From NCBI GenBank assembly GCA_963773935.1, contig CAVZCZ010000009.1, positions 50,442-114,441 of the forward strand: a stretch of 64,000 bases of DNA, written 5' to 3'. Shown one piece after another: positions 59,485 through 64,000 of the stretch. Both the position numbers and the translations under genes were made by a program. The stretch comes from an uncultured Actinomycetota bacterium (GTDB lineage Bacteria; Actinomycetota; Actinomycetes; Mycobacteriales; Micromonosporaceae). Every line of letters starts with the position of its first letter. Position 1 is the stretch's first letter. The notes under the pieces were generated by a model, which made no database searches, was not told where the DNA came from, and saw only the letters and a program-made list of their open reading frames with translations.

Positions 59485-60480
59485 ATGACGGCGACGGAAG
59501 CGGCGGCGTACGGGGAGTCCTCGTCCCAGCCTGACGCATCCCGCGCGATTGGCTGGGCCGATCCGTCTTCGGCCGCGGCTAGCGCGCGGACTCGGATTCC
59601 TGCGCTCGGCTCGGAACTCAGCGGGGCCGATCCATCCTCGCCGCTCGTTCCTCGCGGCTCGGCCTCCTCGGCCGAAGGCGGGCTGCTCAGTATCGGCGAG
59701 GTCCTGAATCTGCTGCGTCCGGAGTTCGCCGACGTCACGATCTCGAAGCTGCGCTTCCTCGAGGCCGAAGGGCTGGTCGACCCGCAGCGGACCCCGGCCG
59801 GATATCGCAAGTACACCGCGGCCCACGTCGAGAGGCTCCGATTGGTCCTGGCCGCGCAGCGCGACCGGTATCTGCCGCTGCGCGTGATCCGCGAGCAGCT
59901 CGACGCGTTGGAGCGGGGCGAGCGCGTGGTCGGTGTGGTCGCGCCGCCGCCCGTCGTTCCCGAGCCGCGCCCGTCGGCGGAATCGGCAGCGGTGTCGCCA
60001 CCGCCCGTCCCGCGGGTGGAGTCGCCCCCGCCCGTCCCGAGGGTGGAGTCGCCCGCGCCCGTCCCGAGGGTGGAGTCGCCCGCGCCCGTCCCGCGGGTGG
60101 AGCTGGGCGAGGCGAGGCTCACCCGGGCGCAGCTGAAGGAGCGGGCCGGGCTCGACGACGCCGGCATGGCGGACCTCGAGCAGTACGGGCTGCTGGCACC
60201 CGGTCCGACCGGCCACTACGGTCCCGAGGCGCTGACTGTCGCTCGGGTCGCCGTACGACTGGCTGAATACGGACTCGAGGGACGTCACCTTCGCCCGTAC
60301 CGTGGCACCGCAGATCGTGAGGTCGGCCTGCTGGCGCAACTGGTGCTTCCGTTGTCCAAGCAACACGGGCCCAACGGTCGGGCGCAGGCGTTGGAGACCG
60401 TGCACGAACTCGCCGCGTTGTGTGCGCAGCTGCACGGGGCGCTGGTCCGGCAGGGGCTGCGCGACGTGCTCGGCAGCTGA
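59485..60480 (+). CDS. MerR-family transcriptional regulator (Rv1828-like position) with repeat-containing linker
   Basis: Intact 331 aa: LSIGEVLNLLRPEFADVTISKLRFLEAEGLVDPQRTPAGYRKYTAAHVERL. The linker has 4 x PPPVPRVES. Confidence 0.8.
   Translation: MTATEAAAYGESSSQPDASRAIGWADPSSAAASARTRIPALGSELSGADPSSPLVPRGSASSAEGGLLSIGEVLNLLRPEFADVTISKLRFLEAEGLVDPQRTPAGYRKYTAAHVERLRLVLAAQRDRYLPLRVIREQLDALERGERVVGVVAPPPVVPEPRPSAESAAVSPPPVPRVESPPPVPRVESPAPVPRVESPAPVPRVELGEARLTRAQLKERAGLDDAGMADLEQYGLLAPGPTGHYGPEALTVARVAVRLAEYGLEGRHLRPYRGTADREVGLLAQLVLPLSKQHGPNGRAQALETVHELAALCAQLHGALVRQGLRDVLGS
59998..60105. repeat. 4 x 27-bp in-frame tandem repeat
   Basis: Units at 59998-60024, 60025-60051, 60052-60078 and 60079-60105 (ccRccgcccgtcccgMgggtggagYYg), encoding P(P/A)PVPRVE(S/L). 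Confidence 0.85.
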
Positions 60481-60650
60481 GCCGTCTCGACTGCCGTATC
60501 GCTTTGCTGCTTCTGGTGCAACACCTTGCCTTGGCCGTACGTGCTCCTTAAGCCCCCAGGTGGGCGGCGGCAGCGGTCGCGTCACGCGTGTAACGTGCAG
60601 AAGAGGGCGTTTCTGTAGCGGTTGCGTGGCACGGTTCGGGGCGATCCAGC

Positions 60651-61127
60651 ATGGAGGCAGTGGTGCGCGAACTTAGCGTCGTCGGGGTGCGGGTCGAGCT
60701 GCCCAGCAACCAGCCGATCGTGCTCCTGCGCGAGGTCGACGGCGATCGCTACCTGCCGATCTGGATCGGCGCGGTCGAGGCGACGGCGATCGCCTACGAG
60801 CAACAGGGCGTGAAGCCGGCCAGGCCGCTGACCCACGATCTGCTCCGAGACGTGCTCGCAGCGCTGAAGACGCCGCTGCAGGCAGTCGAGATCATGGAGA
60901 TGAAGGAGAACATCTTCTACGCCGAACTGATCTTGGGCGAGGGGGTACGAGTCTCGGCCCGACCGAGTGACTCGATCGCGCTCGCGCTGCGCGTCGGGGC
61001 GCCGATCCGATGTGCCGAGGAGGTGCTCACCGAGGCCGGCATCGTGATTCCCGACGAGCAGGAAGACGAGGTTGAGAAGTTTCGCGAGTTCCTCGAGCAG
61101 GTCAGGCCGGAGGACTTCGCCGGCTGA
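60651..61127 (+). CDS. bifunctional nuclease (DUF151) family protein (Rv1829-like)
   Basis: Intact 158 aa: VVGVRVELPSNQPIVLLREVDGDRYLPIWIGAVEATAIA...RPLTHDLL. Confidence 0.8.
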   Translation: MEAVVRELSVVGVRVELPSNQPIVLLREVDGDRYLPIWIGAVEATAIAYEQQGVKPARPLTHDLLRDVLAALKTPLQAVEIMEMKENIFYAELILGEGVRVSARPSDSIALALRVGAPIRCAEEVLTEAGIVIPDEQEDEVEKFREFLEQVRPEDFAG

Positions 61128-61260
61128 TCCGCCTCGTCAGCGGGTCCCGAATCACGTTGATGTTGTTTACCCGGCGTGTCGCACCGGACGCCCTCGGATA
61201 ACTCTCAATCTGAGGAGTAGGGTGTCGTTCTAGCACCAGCGCCGGGGAGGTTGTCGCGAC

Positions 61261-61878
61261 ATGCACGAATCTGCGGGTCCGGGCGAGACCTACTCGGAAG
61301 TCATGCTTTCGGAAGACATGTTGGAGCCTGCCTCGCTGGACACGCATGGCGACGCCTCAGGCGACTCAGGCGACTCAGCCGAAGGGGCCGTCGGCTATCG
61401 CGGTCCGACCGCCTGTTCAGTGGCGGGCATTACCTACCGCCAGCTCGACTACTGGGCGCGCACCGGTCTGGTCATTCCGAGCGTGCGTGACGCGTCAGGA
61501 TCCGGCACCCAGCGGTTGTACTCGTTCCGCGACATCGTGGTGCTCAGGGTAGTCAAGCGATTGCTGCACGCCGGTGTTTCGCTGCCGAACATCCGCAAGG
61601 CGATCGAGACGCTGCGCCAGTGGGGCGAGGACGACCTCGCCACGGTGACATTGATCTCCGACGGCACGACCGTGTACGAGTGCCGGTCGGCCGAGGAGAT
61701 CGTCGACCTGTTGCGGGGCGGCCAAGGCGTCTTCGGCATCGCCATCGGCGGAGCCTTCAAGGAGATCCAGGGCTCGCTCGCCGAGTTGCCGGTGACCAGC
61801 TCGGTCGAGACTGCTGAGGCCACCGGCAAGAGTGTCGACGAACTCGCCGCCCGGCGGGCCCGGCGCCGCGCCGGTTGA
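61261..61878 (+). CDS. MerR-family transcriptional regulator (Rv1830-like)
   Basis: Intact 205 aa: YRGPTACSVAGITYRQLDYWARTGLVIPSVRDASGSGTQRLYSFRDIVVLRVVKRLLHAGVSL. Confidence 0.8.
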   Translation: MHESAGPGETYSEVMLSEDMLEPASLDTHGDASGDSGDSAEGAVGYRGPTACSVAGITYRQLDYWARTGLVIPSVRDASGSGTQRLYSFRDIVVLRVVKRLLHAGVSLPNIRKAIETLRQWGEDDLATVTLISDGTTVYECRSAEEIVDLLRGGQGVFGIAIGGAFKEIQGSLAELPVTSSVETAEATGKSVDELAARRARRRAG

Positions 61879-61961
61879 TCTCGGTTCAGCTGCGTTGCCG
61901 CTCAGGCGAGTCCACTGAGGACACCGAAGGCTGGAACACGCGTTGATTCGGTGGACCTTCC

Positions 61962-62102
61962 CCCTGTTCTGAGTGCCGCCCTGTTCTGAGTGCCGCCCTG
62001 TTCTGAGTGCCGCCCTCGTCTGACGGCCGCCCCTCGTGCTGACGGCCGCCCCTCGTGTGACGGCCGCCCCTCGTGTGACGGCCGCCCCTCGTGTGACGGC
62101 CG
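61962..62102. repeat. tandem array, 8 units of 17-19 bp (two subfamilies)
   Basis: 3 x ccctgttctgagtgccg (61962-62012), then ccctcgtctgacggccg, cccctcgtgctgacggccg and 3 x cccctcgtgtgacggccg (62013-62102). Confidence 0.85.
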
Positions 62103-62191
62103 CCACCACCTCGGGCGGTTCCGCCGCGCCGGCCCGCGCGCCGCCCCTGTGAGTAGCCCCCCCAGCTTGCCCCCGCCCGGCCGCACTCCCC

Positions 62192-62691
62192 GTGATCGCT
62201 GTGCCCAGTTGGTGCGGCGTGAATGCGCGTGGATGCGGTGGGGCGTGCACGGTGATCGTGCGCGGTGATCGCCGTGCCCACTCGGTCTGGCGGGCCCGCG
62301 GCGTGGGTGCGGCCAGGGGTCGGTGTCGCGTTCACGGTGATCGTGCGCGGTGATTGCTGTGCCCAGGCGACACGGCGTGCGCGCGGCATGGATGGGTGTG
62401 CGCGCTGTGTGGGTGGGCGTGCGCGCGGTATGGGTGAGGGTGCGCGCGGTATGGGTGGGGGTGCGCGGTATGGGTGGGGGTGCGCGCTGTGTGGGTGGGC
62501 GTGCGCGCGGCATGGGTGGGAGGGGGAGCGACGGGGGAGCGAAGCGGTGATCGCTGTGCCCACTCGATGCGGCGTGGGTGCGGCGTGGGTGCGGCGTGGT
62601 GTTCACGGTGATCGTGCGCGGTGATCGCTGTGCACGGTGAGTGGGGTGGCGCGGCGTTGCGGCCGGCGTTGCGGTGCACGGTGATCGTGCC
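62192..62691. repeat. interspersed 33-bp repeat family (3 near-full and 3 partial copies) within a non-coding island
   Basis: cacggtgatcgtgcgcggtgatYgcYgtgccca at 62248-62280 and 62333-62365. A variant lies at 62604-62634. Partial copies lie at 62192-62207, 62546-62562 and 62677-62691. Confidence 0.8.
62377..62521. repeat. G-rich tandem array, 7 units of 19-21 bp
   Basis: Units start at 62377, 62398, 62419, 62440, 62461, 62480 and 62501 (gtgcgcgcggYatgggtgRgg / gtgcgcgctgtgtgggtgggc). The variant order is mirror-symmetric (A-B-C-C-C-B-A). Confidence 0.85.
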
Positions 62692-62714
62692 CTAAGCCGA
62701 CGGTATGCTTTGTC

Positions 62715-62743
62715 TTGACAAGAAAAACCGTCGGTTGCAGAAT
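62715..62743 (+). promoter_or_regulatory. sigma-70/SigA-like promoter candidate overlapped by nested palindromes
   Basis: TTGACA (62715-62720), a 17-nt spacer, then cAGAAT (62738-62743), 43 nt upstream of ATG 62786. ttgtc-tt-gacaa (62710-62721) is nested within ccgacgg...ccgtcgg (62696-62702 / 62728-62734). Confidence 0.45.
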
Positions 62744-62785
62744 GGGAGGCGAGAACGAGTAGGCATGCGACAAGGAGGGGTCACC

Positions 62786-63349
62786 ATGAGGAAGATCATC
62801 GCGGGACTGTTCATCTCGCTCGATGGCGTCGTCGGCCGGCCGGACCAGTGGCACTTCCCGTACTTCAATGACGAGATGGGGAAGGCCGTCGACACCACGA
62901 TGTCGGAGTCCGACACGATGCTGCTAGGGCGCAAGACGTACCAGGAGTTCGCTTCGTACTGGCCGCACCAGTCGAGCGACGTCGAGCCAGCCGACTACAT
63001 GAACGGCACACCAAAGCTCGTGGTGTCGAACACGCTCACCAAGGCCGACTGGGAGCCCACCACGGTGATCAGCGGTGACGTCGTGGGCCAGCTCAACGCG
63101 CTCAAGCAGCTGCCGGGCAAGAACATCGGTATCACCGGTAGCCCGACGTTGGTGCGTTCGCTTCTGCGCGAAGGGGTTCTCGACGAACTGCGGCTGCTCG
63201 TGCACCCGATCGTGGTCGGCGAGGGCCTGCGCCTGTTCGACCCGGGTGACGGCACGATCGGGCTGAAGCTGATCAGCTCGACGACCTTCAAGACCGGCGT
63301 CGTACACCTTATCTACGAGCGCGCGCCGCTCACCGACCTTGAAGCCTGA
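62786..63349 (+). CDS. dihydrofolate reductase-like (RibD C-terminal domain) family protein
   Basis: ATG 62786 after AAGGAGGGG. MRKIIAGLFISLDGVVGRPDQWHFPYFNDEMG...MLLGRKTYQEFASYWP...GITGSPTLVRSLLREGVLDELRLLVHPIVVGEGLRLF. Confidence 0.85.
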   Translation: MRKIIAGLFISLDGVVGRPDQWHFPYFNDEMGKAVDTTMSESDTMLLGRKTYQEFASYWPHQSSDVEPADYMNGTPKLVVSNTLTKADWEPTTVISGDVVGQLNALKQLPGKNIGITGSPTLVRSLLREGVLDELRLLVHPIVVGEGLRLFDPGDGTIGLKLISSTTFKTGVVHLIYERAPLTDLEA

Positions 63350-63513
63350 TCCGGCATGGTTTTCGCCGGCGAAGGCGGAAAGGTCGAGGTTGGCTGGGAC
63401 CTTGAAGCCTGATCCGGCATGGTTTTCGCCGGCGAAGGCGGAAAGGTCGAGGTTGGCTGGGACCTTGAAGCCTGATCCGGCATGGTTTTCGCCGGCGAAG
63501 GCGGAAAGGTCGA
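63325..63513. repeat. perfect 3 x 63-bp tandem repeat that includes the last 22 nt and stop codon of the DHFR-like gene
   Basis: Unit gaccttgaagcctgatccggcatggttttcgccggcgaaggcggaaaggtcgaggttggctgg at 63325-63387, 63388-63450 and 63451-63513. I saw no mismatches. Each unit contains the 12-bp palindrome ttcgccggcgaa. Confidence 0.9.
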
Positions 63514-63590
63514 GGTTGGCTGGGACAACGAGAGGCTCGCGTGTCGCGACGGGGGAGTTCAGTTCGACGCGTGACTGAGTCTGGTTCGAT

Positions 63591-63626
63591 CCGTGAGGCG
63601 TCGCCGTAACTGGGCACGCCTCACGG
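63591..63626. terminator. hairpin between convergent genes
   Basis: ccgtgaggcg (63591-63600), a 16-nt loop, then cgcctcacgg (63617-63626), followed by gtttgtt on the + strand. It overlaps the stop (63621-63623) of the minus-strand gene. Confidence 0.45.
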
Positions 63627-63848
63627 GTTTGTTCGCAGCCAGCCAAGGAACCGGGTATAGAGAGCGGACGGCTCGAGGTCGGGTCTGTCCTCAGTGGCCT
63701 GAAGGAAATAGTCAGCGAGGATGAGCGCTAAGCCGAGCCGTGAACCCTCGGTCAGGTCGACCAGTTGAGCCCTCCGCCTCCGGCACGGCCACTCCTCGTC
63801 GCACACGGCGCAGATCCAGGCCGGCCGCATTGGCTCGTGTGGATTCAT
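63621..63848 (-). CDS. small Cys-motif protein (CxxC..WPC family of unknown function)
   Basis: ATG 63846-63848 within ORF 63621..63956: MNPHEPMRPAWICAVCDEEWPCRRRRAQLVDLTEGSRLGLALILADYFLQATE... I recall this small actinobacterial family, but no function is known. Confidence 0.5.
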   Translation of the reverse strand: MNPHEPMRPAWICAVCDEEWPCRRRRAQLVDLTEGSRLGLALILADYFLQATEDRPDLEPSALYTRFLGWLRTNP

Positions 63849-64000
63849 GAGAACTCGGGCCCGGGCCGGCCGAGACGGTCGAGTGCCACCCTCCGTGGTG
63901 GGCACGGGAATCGCTGTCCACAGTAGTGGCACCGCTGTCGCAGGCCCAGCCAGCACCAGTCCGGACGCGGTACGTGCGTCAGGAGCACGAGGTGTGCCCG
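63845..64000 (-). CDS. C-terminal part of a second small Cys-motif protein (paralogue of 63621..63848; start beyond right edge)
   Basis: Not in the ORF track. Minus-strand frame reads RAHLVLLTHVPRPDWCWLGLRQRCHYCGQRFPCPPRRVALDRLGRPGPEFS, then stop. TGA 63845-63847 overlaps the next ATG (ATGA). Confidence 0.4.
   Translation of the reverse strand, partial: RAHLVLLTHVPRPDWCWLGLRQRCHYCGQRFPCPPRRVALDRLGRPGPEFS

Noticed and set aside
57976-60585. Three long minus-strand ORFs (359, 392 and 380 aa) across DUF881/gcvH/garA/MerR.
   Set aside because: They lie antisense to a highly conserved, motif-rich + strand block. Their translations are Arg/Pro-rich noise.
61495-62606. Minus-strand ORFs (251, 225 and 234 aa) with HTARTPTHTART-type peptide repeats.
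   Set aside because: They are simply translations of the non-coding tandem arrays. They have no start context and no domain, and several frames are equally open.
62192-62691. Possible CRISPR array: a 33-bp repeat with ~50-bp intervening segments.
   Set aside because: There are only two regularly spaced full copies (62248 and 62333). Other spacings are irregular (about 56 to 240 bp). The would-be spacers are themselves repeated or related to each other, the repeat has an internal direct duplication, and no cas genes are present in the window.
1-64000. rRNA, tRNA or tmRNA genes.
   Set aside because: I scanned intergenic regions for T-loop-like GGTTCGA(A/T)TCC and cloverleaf contexts and found none. 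The ggttcgatcc at 63583-63592 abuts and slightly overlaps the terminator hairpin and lacks an acceptor stem or anticodon arm. A tRNAscan/Infernal run would be decisive.

Overview
This is a very GC-rich chromosomal segment whose gene content looks like a high-GC actinobacterium. That placement is inferred from protein motifs only; no searches were run and GC was not computed. I can support about 65 protein-coding loci. I found no rRNA, tRNA, CRISPR array, transposase or integrase.

Gene content:
- Two NarL-type two-component pairs and a Ser/Thr kinase.
- Several ABC systems: an ABC-2 pair (4681-6468), a two-gene exporter pair (32007-35743), and a four-gene FtsX/FtsX/ATPase/ATPase operon (36887-44548).
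- Two DUF222-HNH (13E12-like) endonuclease genes and many small-enzyme genes.
- At 55.9-61.9 kb, the conserved actinobacterial block CDP-alcohol phosphatidyltransferase / DUF881 / small basic protein / DUF881 / gcvH / garA / MerR / bifunctional nuclease / MerR, in the same order as M. tuberculosis Rv1822-Rv1830.

Most notable observations:
1. Roughly 45-50 reading-frame switches occur in about 23 otherwise recognisable genes. Four cases resolved to the base are all explained by one extra base in a C4/G4 run. This is most likely assembly indels, but the distribution is very uneven.
2. Both DUF222-HNH genes sit directly behind a near-consensus RecA-NDp/PafBC-type DNA-damage promoter with leaderless geometry.
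3. An ~730-bp repeat-only non-coding island lies at 61962-62691. Nearby, a perfect 3 x 63-bp tandem repeat copies the 3' end and stop codon of the adjacent gene.
4. An AT-richer 330-bp intergenic region carries four GATATC-core palindromes.

I found no convincing new multi-gene system. The FtsX operon is the best candidate for uncharacterised biology. All product calls rest on my own motif recognition, not on database hits.
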